From: Faecalibaculum rodentium
GTDB lineage: Bacteria; Bacillota_I; Bacilli_A; Erysipelotrichales; Erysipelotrichaceae
Direction of reading: 5' to 3'
Assembly: GCF_001564455.1 (NCBI RefSeq)
Contig: NZ_CP011391.1
Coordinates: 1,890,001 to 1,922,000 of the forward strand
Length of the DNA: 32,000 bases
In this document: one piece after another, positions 7,213 through 14,124 of the stretch
How the letters are laid out: each line of letters opens with the position of its first letter
Position numbering within the stretch: position 1 is the stretch's first letter
Made by a program: the position numbers and the translations under genes
The notes under the pieces: generated by a model
Database searches by the model: none
What the model was told of the DNA's origin: nothing
What the model saw: only the letters and a program-made list of their open reading frames with translations

Positions 7213-8514
7213 TTATGCACAAGAGTAGTATTTCCAGGGATCGACCAGTCCAGGCCGATCCTTTCTTTTCAACGAGAGAATATGCGGGTTCAGGATCATG
7301 TTCACCACTTCGTTGTTTCCCAGTCTGTACCAGCCACAGTGCGTCATGCTCTGCGCAAAGACATATGACTTGGGAAATGGGTGGCTGATCCGTCCATTGA
7401 GCTTCCACAGGTTGGTGAAGATCGTTCCCCTGCGCTTCCACTGCTTCAGGATCACTACCCTCACCCGGTGCCTCATCCATGGGCCAAATGTTTCCTTCAG
7501 CCACATACTCATCGCACCGATTCGGTAGTAGTTGATCCACCCCCGCATGATCTGGTTGATCCTCGTGAATGTGACCGCCAGCGGTATGGCCGCCGCTTTT
7601 CTGCGGACAGTCACGCTCCTGATCTTCTCCTTCAGGCGTTTCTTGCTGTCATCATGCGGCCTGCACTTCCATCCATCGCTGCCCTTCCAGAATGTGAACC
7701 CGAGGAACTTTCCTTTGGTTGGTCTCACTACTCTGGTTTTCTCGGCGCTGGCTGTCAGGAACAGCTTCCGCTTCAGCCAGCTGATCACACTGGCCATCAC
7801 ACGGTGTGCCGCCTTTTCGCTCTTCGTGAAGATGATGCAGTCATCCGCATACCTCACGAATCGCAGTCCTCTCTTTTCAAGCTCCTTGTCGAACTTGTCC
7901 AGATAGATATTGGCCAGAAGCGGGGACAGCGGGCCACCCTGAGGCGTTCCTTCCTCTGTTTTCTGCTTCACGCCATTCTCCATCACTCCTGCTTTCAGGA
8001 ATTTCCGAATGAGTCCCAGTACTTCGGATTCATTCATCTGTTCCCGGATGATGGAGATCAGCTTGTCCTGATTCACCCGGTCAAAGAACTTCTCTATGTC
8101 CAGATCCACGATCCAGTCATATCCTTCGTTCAGGTAGACCATGGCTTGCAGGACCGCCTGCTGGGCACTCCTGTCCGGTCGGAATCCATAGCTGTATTCG
8201 CTGAATACAGGCTCATAGACTTGCGACAGCTGCTGACTCACTGCCTGCTGGATCACCCTGTCAACGACTGTAGGGATGCCCAGGGGCCTTTTCTTCCCGT
8301 TTGGTTTGGGGATATAGACCCTTCTTGCAGGCTGGGGCTTATAGGTCCCTTTCAGCAGACCATTACTGATCTCCTCCTTGTGAGCCTCCATGTATTCGGA
8401 CAGTTCTTCCACCCCCATCCCATCAACTCCGGCACTGCCTTTGTTGGCTTTCACCTTCCTGCAGGCTGTTTCCAGATTGGCGGGATGTGCGATCCTCTCG
8501 ATCATTCTCGGCAT
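7213..8514 (-). CDS. Group II intron reverse transcriptase/maturase (no endonuclease domain)
   Basis: 433 aa from MPRMIERIAHPANLETACRKVKANKGSAGVDG. RT motifs include RRVYIPKPNGKKRPLGIPTVVDRVIQQA, TPQGGPLSPLLANIYL and the YADD catalytic box. The maturase X domain carries RGWINYY. No HNH motif follows it. The 132 codons upstream in track ORF 7213..8910 are intron RNA, not protein. Confidence 0.9.
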   Translation of the reverse strand: MPRMIERIAHPANLETACRKVKANKGSAGVDGMGVEELSEYMEAHKEEISNGLLKGTYKPQPARRVYIPKPNGKKRPLGIPTVVDRVIQQAVSQQLSQVYEPVFSEYSYGFRPDRSAQQAVLQAMVYLNEGYDWIVDLDIEKFFDRVNQDKLISIIREQMNESEVLGLIRKFLKAGVMENGVKQKTEEGTPQGGPLSPLLANIYLDKFDKELEKRGLRFVRYADDCIIFTKSEKAAHRVMASVISWLKRKLFLTASAEKTRVVRPTKGKFLGFTFWKGSDGWKCRPHDDSKKRLKEKIRSVTVRRKAAAIPLAVTFTRINQIMRGWINYYRIGAMSMWLKETFGPWMRHRVRVVILKQWKRRGTIFTNLWKLNGRISHPFPKSYVFAQSMTHCGWYRLGNNEVVNMILNPHILSLKRKDRPGLVDPWKYYSCA

Positions 8515-9060
8515 ACTTGCGGTTTCCTTACTATCCTTTTCAGACCGGACACCTGTTCCCTGATTCCTTTTTGTGTCCGCCGCTTCCGGGTTACGTTCCC
8601 TTCTGCTTTGGACAGGATCTTTCTGGAATGGTGTCCTGTTGTCATATAGCCGAAACTCTATAGACATGTTCGGTCCTTCGCTCCTTCTTCCATTACAGAA
8701 GCTATCCACACTACTACGACCTTGGCTGACTCCCTGTGACAAACCGTTTTCGACCATTCTGCTCTGCCTTTGAACCTCACCTCTTGGCTGATTCACGAAG
8801 TACAGATGGGGAATGTCCACAGGGCCTCCCGGGGTAAGGTGCACTTCTTTCGTTCCATGACCTCCTGATTTACTGCTTTGGCTACGTCTGCCTGTTGGGT
8901 TAAGACACATCGGCGCCCTCTCCCGCCGCCACAGCCTTATATCCGATTTCTGTTCGTAGGTTCGGAACTTTGATACACGCTTCTTTCACGAACCCCCTTA
9001 CAGTCATAGGTCCGCTTGCGTTTCTCTACTCTTACCGGCAGATAAGTTGAGGCTGGACTC

Positions 9061-10476
9061 TCACCAGCTAGAAGTGCACCATGCCCGGCACACCGACAAA
9101 GGGACAGCAGATATCCGCTGTCCCTTTTGCGCAGGTATTCTCGAGATTCGAACATACGTGTATACGCGCGTCAGCGGCCGGGATCTGCCCGGACCGCAGG
9201 CACGACACCATGCAGCTGTTTCGGCAAAATGTTCCAGCAGCATCCGTTCTGCTTTTGCCGACCACAGTCCGCGGTTTTCCCGGCAGACTTTGTCCAGTTC
9301 CAGGAAAAAGGGATCTTTGTCTGCAAGACTGTCCAGATCTTCAATGGCCGTCATAGGCATGTTTATGTGCGTGTATACCAGTTTCTTTCCCCCTGGCACA
9401 TTCGGGAGATCTTTCGTGACCTCCACCGCCGAATCCAGACCGCCCACATGCGTGATCATCACTGCCGACTCAATGCGGCCATCCGCGTTCTTTTCGATGG
9501 CTTCCTTCATGTCGTCGATCGTCCCGCCCGTGGAGCCGATGATCTTGGTGCGCGAATAGTGGCTGTCATAGAGATTCACCGTTGCGGAAAACTCCGCATT
9601 TGTCGGTCCGGCAAACAGGTTCATGCACCCGTCGTAAGCCAGCAGCCGGTTTCCCATTTCGCAGACCGCCGCATTGGGGATATAGACAAACACATCGTCA
9701 TAGCCTTTCCCCTCTGTGAGATCCATCAGATGTTTCTCCGGGTCCTCCAGGGATGCCGTGTTCACGTATACCAGCTCCACACCATGTCTGGCGGCTTCTT
9801 TTTCGCTGATGACCTCACGCGCCCGGGCGATCCTGGCATCGCTGATTTCCGTCACCACGATGCGCTTTGGCTTGTTTTCAAACGTCAGCCCATAGGAAAT
9901 GGCACCCAGTCCCATGGGGCCGCAGCCGCCGAGAATCAGGATGCTGCCACCCTCCTTTGTCCCCATGACATGTTCATAGCTGCCGGGCTTCGTGTGGTAG
10001 TTTGTGTGATACCCGCCGATGCAGCAGGACACCGGCTCCGCCACGGAACTGGCGAAATACGCATCGCCGTCATACGTCCAGAGGCAGCCGGCTTCAATGA
10101 TGTCATTGGGAAAAATGCAGTATTCTGTATCTCCGCCGCACCACTGGTAGGAGTATCCCGGAGATTCCATATGTCCGGAAATTGCCGGCTGCTGGGCGAA
10201 TTTCTGCCCCGGCTGGAACCGGTCCTGCCACTTTTTGCCGACCTGGATGATATCCCCCGCAAATTCGTGGCCGATGATCACCGGATTCTCGTGCACATCA
10301 TCGGGCACCCGCTTGTGCTTTGCTCCCTGCTTCACGGTTTTCCATGTGGACATGCAGATGGAATCCGAGACCACCTTGACCAGGATCTCGTCGTCTGCGA
10401 TTTCCGGCAGCTCGAATTCCTCCAGCCGGATGTCATCCACGCCATACAGGCGAATCGCTCTTGTCTTCATGCTCAT
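9061..10476 (-). CDS. Zn-dependent MDR dehydrogenase, sorbose-1-phosphate reductase (SorE)-like; 3' end anomalous
   Basis: 471-aa ORF. The N-terminus LEEFELPEIADDEILVKVVSDSICMSTWK..HKRVPDD..PVIIGHEFAG and the nucleotide-binding GGCGPMGLGA resemble SorE as I remember it. Similarity seems to end near ..ERMLLEHFAE. The ORF then reads through the terminator hairpin, and its last 11 codons lie inside the intron. Confidence 0.75.
   Translation of the reverse strand: MSMKTRAIRLYGVDDIRLEEFELPEIADDEILVKVVSDSICMSTWKTVKQGAKHKRVPDDVHENPVIIGHEFAGDIIQVGKKWQDRFQPGQKFAQQPAISGHMESPGYSYQWCGGDTEYCIFPNDIIEAGCLWTYDGDAYFASSVAEPVSCCIGGYHTNYHTKPGSYEHVMGTKEGGSILILGGCGPMGLGAISYGLTFENKPKRIVVTEISDARIARAREVISEKEAARHGVELVYVNTASLEDPEKHLMDLTEGKGYDDVFVYIPNAAVCEMGNRLLAYDGCMNLFAGPTNAEFSATVNLYDSHYSRTKIIGSTGGTIDDMKEAIEKNADGRIESAVMITHVGGLDSAVEVTKDLPNVPGGKKLVYTHINMPMTAIEDLDSLADKDPFFLELDKVCRENRGLWSAKAERMLLEHFAETAAWCRACGPGRSRPLTRVYTYVRISRIPAQKGQRISAVPLSVCRAWCTSSW
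9097..9128. terminator. Palindromic terminator hairpin immediately 5' of the intron insertion point
   Basis: GGGACAGC (9101-9108) / GCTGTCCC (9117-9124) with an 8-nt loop. On the minus strand it reads AAAAGGGACAGCggatatctGCTGTCCCTTTGTCG, followed directly by the intron GTGTG. Confidence 0.6.
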
Positions 10477-10611
10477 TCCCTTCCTTCCCGTTCTCTGTAT
10501 TTCTTTTCTTGTATTTTTCGCACCGGCCGGATCAAAGACAGCCGGTTTTTCGGTTTTCCGTCAGTCCGCGGCTCTGCAGCCTGCCAGCCTGTCTGCAGCC
10601 ATGGCCTGTTT

Positions 10612-11535
10612 TCAGGCTTCTTCCCAGGTGACCCGCACCTTCAGGTCTTCCACTGTGACGGCATCCGCCGGCTGTGTTCCCTCTGTCATGCAGGCCCCGG
10701 CAGACAGAGCCACAGCCAGAACCGCCGTCTGTTCCAGGTCCAGTCCCTGCTCCAGGCTGCAGGCCAGGCCCGCCACCATCGCATCTCCGGCACCCACCGC
10801 CGACTGGAAGGGAATCTTCAGCGCCGGCAGGACCAGTGCCCTGTCAGCCGTGACAAACAGACTGCCGTCCTCCCCCATGGAAATGACCACCAGCCGGGTG
10901 CCGGCTTCCATCAGCTGCCTGGCCAGGGAAATCATTGTGTCTGTATCCAGCGTCTCTTCCGGCATGCCGAAATACTGACTCAGTTCAAACCGGTTGGGCT
11001 TGATGACATCCGGCCCTGCCTGGATTCCCTCCCGGAAGAGCCCGCCATCGGCATCAAGGATCACCTGCAGCCCCCGGCGCTGCGCGGTTTCCGTCAGCCG
11101 GCGGTAAATGTCTTCCGGAACCCCCGGGCCAACGTTGCCCGACAGCACCAGGATCCCTTCTGCAGCTGCCAGTGTTTCCTCCAGACGCCGGATGTCATCC
11201 GCACTGCAGGCCGGCCCCGCTTCGTTGAGTTCCGTCAGCGTCATGGCCGCATCCAGCACCTTGAGGTTGGTCCGCGTGTTGCCCCGGATCTCCACAAAGT
11301 CATGGGCGATACCCAGATCCGTCAGCCTCTCCCGGATGAACTGCCCGGCGTTGCCTGCCAGGAATCCCGTTGCGCGCGAGGGGACCCCAATGGCTTTCAG
11401 AGTCTTCGATACATTAATGCCCTTGCCCCCGGCATCCTGCCGGACATTCTGCAGGCGGTTGAGTCCGCCGGTCACCAGTGTTTCGACCTGTGCGGTTTTG
11501 TCCACCGCGGGGTTGAACGTCACGGTTGTGATCAT
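10612..11535 (-). CDS. pfkB: PfkB-family sugar-phosphate kinase (1-phosphofructokinase / tagatose-6-P kinase type)
   Basis: 307 aa. MITTVTFNPAVDKT, GGKGINVS and the C-terminal GAGDAMVAG PfkB signature are present. Confidence 0.85.
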   Translation of the reverse strand: MITTVTFNPAVDKTAQVETLVTGGLNRLQNVRQDAGGKGINVSKTLKAIGVPSRATGFLAGNAGQFIRERLTDLGIAHDFVEIRGNTRTNLKVLDAAMTLTELNEAGPACSADDIRRLEETLAAAEGILVLSGNVGPGVPEDIYRRLTETAQRRGLQVILDADGGLFREGIQAGPDVIKPNRFELSQYFGMPEETLDTDTMISLARQLMEAGTRLVVISMGEDGSLFVTADRALVLPALKIPFQSAVGAGDAMVAGLACSLEQGLDLEQTAVLAVALSAGACMTEGTQPADAVTVEDLKVRVTWEEA

Positions 11536-12002
11536 GCGGCGTCTCCCGTCATGACAGAATGGATGAATTCCGGGGATCCCTGCACCACCTGTTCCACCAC
11601 ATCCATGTCCCCGAGTTTCTCGGCAATGTTCTGCAGGATCGTGACGTGTTCATCCGTCGTGGCGGCGATCCCGATCACCACACGCACCCGTCCGCTGGCC
11701 CAGGGAATGCCCTCGGGGTAAATCTGGATCGCCAGCCCGGTCTGCTTCACGCAGTCCTTCACTTCATACTCCCCGTGGGGAATCGCAATGTCGTTCCCGA
11801 TGTATGTGGTCAGGCTGTGGTCCCGGTTCAGCATGCCCTGGATGTAGCCCTCGTCAATGTATCCCGCATCCAGCAGCATGTGGCCGACCGACATGATTGC
11901 CTCGTCGCTGTCCGCCGCCCGGCAGCCCGTCCGGATGTTCTTCACGTCCAGGATCCGGTTCTTCGGGTCCTCTTTCTGTTTTTTCTTCCTGAAAAATGCC
12001 AT
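11532..12002 (-). CDS. mtlF: PTS EIIA component, mannitol/fructose type
   Basis: 156 aa. GNDIAIPHGEYEVKD carries the phosphorylatable His, and VVIGIAATTDEHVTILQNIAEKL parallels the E. coli MtlA IIA domain. The stop overlaps the pfkB start (ATGA). RBS AAAGGAGAA. Confidence 0.85.
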   Translation of the reverse strand: MAFFRKKKQKEDPKNRILDVKNIRTGCRAADSDEAIMSVGHMLLDAGYIDEGYIQGMLNRDHSLTTYIGNDIAIPHGEYEVKDCVKQTGLAIQIYPEGIPWASGRVRVVIGIAATTDEHVTILQNIAEKLGDMDVVEQVVQGSPEFIHSVMTGDAA

Positions 12003-12125
12003 GGTGTTCTCCTTTTTCCCTTCCGCTTTCTGTTCATTCTGTTTCGTGTTTCTGCAGGATTTCGCCCGCTGTCAGTCGCTGTCGCCGATGAAAGCCAGGC
12101 TGTCGATGCCCGCCTGCGCCTGTCA

Positions 12126-14123
12126 TCACAGGCCGTGCCGCAGAAAATCCGCCAGCAGCCGGTCCGTCGCCTCCCGTGCCGCTTGAGCCGGTCCGGACAG
12201 GAGCACCTGGCGGAATCCGGCATCCTGCCCCATCTGACGATTGACCTGTGCCAGCAGCTGCTGCATGGGAGGTGTATGGTCTGCGGGCAGCACGGTGACA
12301 AGCACCCCGCGCAGCCCGTTGTCATACTGACCGCCTGCGGGCAGAAGAATGGCTGCCTGGATCCTGGCCGTACCGCCGGTCCGGGCATGGAAGAGGGCGA
12401 AGCCTTCCTCCGGCGCCCTCACCGCTCCCAGCTGTTCACGCCGCCACAGATCCTGCTCCAGGATTTCCGTGTCTCCCTGCAGGCTACAGGCTGCTTCATG
12501 GATCAGCACAGCCGGGTCATAGACTGTGCCTGTCGGGATCCGGACAATGCCAGTCTGCAGCATCCGGACAGCCCGGGCTGTCTCTTCCACCTGTACCAGC
12601 AGATCCTCCAGGTTCTCTGCCTGCACACCGCCTCTGGCCGGTTTTGCCTGCAGACCCGCCAGCTCTGTCTGGATCTGCCTGAGATCCGCAGCCGGCAGAA
12701 GCGGCGACACCTTCAGCGTCCTGGCGGGCAGTCCCTGGACATCGAAGGTCGTCAGGAACAGCTCCACGTCCTGGCGGCTGACTGCCTCCGGGGCTGACAG
12801 GGCCTCCAGGTCCATCTGAGCACCGAAGGTTTTCTCCAGTCTGGCGCACAGCAGAGCCGAGACCCCGATCCCGCTGGCGCAGACCACCGCCGCTTTCACA
12901 CGCCTTCCATGCTGCTGTCCGGCCCGCTCGAAACAGGCCCCGGCATGCATGGTCAGAAACCCGATTTCCTCGTCCGAGAGCCGCATCCCCAGCCGGCGTT
13001 CCATGGCGCCAGCCGCCTGCCTTGTGCGTTCAAACAGATCCGGATACTGTTCCCGGAGAGTTTTCAGCAGCGGGTTGTATATGGGCAGGCCGTTTCTCAG
13101 CCGGATCACCGTGGGCTCCAGATGGGAAACCAGGCCCTGGATGAACTGCCCGTCCGTGCCCAGGAGCGCCGGCTGTTCCCCCGGAAACCCTTCGATAAAA
13201 CACCGGGCCAGTTCCAGGATCTCCTCCTGGTGTGCATCCGGGTGATTGCCGGCGCTGTTCAGCTTGGAGCCCCGCAGGTGCAGCGCCACCGCATCCACTT
13301 CCGTATCCGGGAACTCCAGGGCAAACTCTGCTTCCAGCAGTGAAATCAGTGTTCGGGCTTCCTGCCGGCTGTCTTCCATCTCCGGCAGTCCGTGCATCGC
13401 ATCCCGGCATGGTTCCCCCGCCCGGATCCGTTCCAGGGCAATGACCAGATGGATCACCAGACCGATGTAGCTGTTCTGCTCGAACCGGCGGAGGCCCAGG
13501 CAGTCCCGGCCTGCGGACAGCAGGGCCAGAAGCCGTTTCAGGATGTCCTGGTCCAGCAGCGAGAGGATGGCACTCCCCCGGAACAGCTGTTCCATGGCAG
13601 TATCCGGATCAAGATAGTCCACGGTTTTGTATTCCACGCCTTCGTGCACCAGTCCGGACATGGCCTTGCGCCAGTCCTCTTCGCTTCCCTGCACCACGCC
13701 GTTCCGGGTGATCGTGAGCCCCAGCGGCTCCAGCCGTCTGCGAAGGTCCTCCAGGTCATGAGAGATCGTGGCTTCCGAGACCTGGAAGCGGCCGGCGTAG
13801 ACCACCAGTTTCTGTGCCTCTTCTGCCCGGAGCAGTTCATAGAGGAGCAGGTCCTGCCGCTCTTCCCGGTTCAGCACCTGGACCGGCTGGTTCATCAGGG
13901 CGGCTGCCAGGGCCGTCCTGTTTCCTGCCAGCGCCAGTCCCGGACGTGTCTTCAGCTGCACGCCATAGGGTTCCAGCACCCGGCGGGCACTCTCCAGTTC
14001 CCGAAACAGCGTCCGCCGGCTGATGCGGATGCGCTCCGCCATGTCATCGGCCGAAATCCTGCCACCCTCCTCCTGTTCCAGCAGGATCTGGAAGATCCGG
14101 ACCAGTCTGGGAGAGAAGTTCAT
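12126..14123 (-). CDS. mtlR: MtlR/LicR-type PRD-containing transcriptional activator (HTH, PRD, PRD, EIIB-like, EIIA-like)
   Basis: 665 aa. It has an N-terminal HTH (ERIRISRRTLFRELE), central PRD-like regions with conserved His, an EIIB-like segment VVCASGIGVSALLCARLE and a C-terminal EIIA-like segment. Its start lies 1 nt from the mtlA stop. Confidence 0.85.
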   Translation of the reverse strand: MNFSPRLVRIFQILLEQEEGGRISADDMAERIRISRRTLFRELESARRVLEPYGVQLKTRPGLALAGNRTALAAALMNQPVQVLNREERQDLLLYELLRAEEAQKLVVYAGRFQVSEATISHDLEDLRRRLEPLGLTITRNGVVQGSEEDWRKAMSGLVHEGVEYKTVDYLDPDTAMEQLFRGSAILSLLDQDILKRLLALLSAGRDCLGLRRFEQNSYIGLVIHLVIALERIRAGEPCRDAMHGLPEMEDSRQEARTLISLLEAEFALEFPDTEVDAVALHLRGSKLNSAGNHPDAHQEEILELARCFIEGFPGEQPALLGTDGQFIQGLVSHLEPTVIRLRNGLPIYNPLLKTLREQYPDLFERTRQAAGAMERRLGMRLSDEEIGFLTMHAGACFERAGQQHGRRVKAAVVCASGIGVSALLCARLEKTFGAQMDLEALSAPEAVSRQDVELFLTTFDVQGLPARTLKVSPLLPAADLRQIQTELAGLQAKPARGGVQAENLEDLLVQVEETARAVRMLQTGIVRIPTGTVYDPAVLIHEAACSLQGDTEILEQDLWRREQLGAVRAPEEGFALFHARTGGTARIQAAILLPAGGQYDNGLRGVLVTVLPADHTPPMQQLLAQVNRQMGQDAGFRQVLLSGPAQAAREATDRLLADFLRHGL

Positions 14124-14124
14124 G

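Larger units (their letters stand above)
7121..9093 (-). mobile_element. Group II intron (bacterial class C-like), about 1973 nt
   Basis: On the minus strand the 5' end is GTGTG (9093-9089, fits GUGYG). About 580 nt precede the ORF. The RT/maturase ORF sits in the domain IV position, followed by domains V and VI, with a 3' end of ..CTCTAT at 7121. Boundaries were inferred by eye. Confidence 0.8.

Noticed and set aside
7213-8514. The reverse transcriptase as a retron, DGR or Abi-type RT (a possible defence system).
   Set aside because: It has the group II maturase X domain (RGWINYY) and is embedded between a GUGYG 5' end and clear domain V/VI structures. No msr/msd-like or TR/VR repeats were seen nearby.
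8515-8910. N-terminal 132 codons of track ORF 7213..8910.
   Set aside because: The conserved RT N-terminus begins at MPRMIERIAHPANLE (ATG 8514). The upstream part overlies intron RNA domains I-III and has no RT similarity.
9136-9160. GTTCGAATC (a T-loop-like motif) on the minus strand, suggesting a tRNA.
   Set aside because: The flanking 5-mers (GTATG and CTCGA) cannot form a T-stem. No acceptor or anticodon arms could be drawn.
10477-10611. GC-rich hairpins (CTGCAG-containing and ACCGGC/GCCGGT) between pfkB and the dehydrogenase gene, as a possible internal terminator or riboswitch.
   Set aside because: No U-run follows either hairpin on the transcribed strand and I recognise no riboswitch core. 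This is most simply an intra-operon spacer, possibly a processing site.
9127-11721. 864-aa plus-strand ORF spanning three minus-strand genes. Similar giants occur at 15918..17681, 17713..19464, 20756..22408, 4014..5519 and 24759..26063.
   Set aside because: For the four I checked (9127, 15918, 17713, 20756), the start is congruent mod 3 with the codon boundaries of the real gene opposite, for example 9127, 9061-10476 and 10612 are all 1 mod 3. Antisense stops then arise only from the sense codons TTA, CTA and TCA, which are rare here. The products are Arg/His/Gly/Pro-rich with no motifs, while the opposite strand carries unmistakable family signatures.
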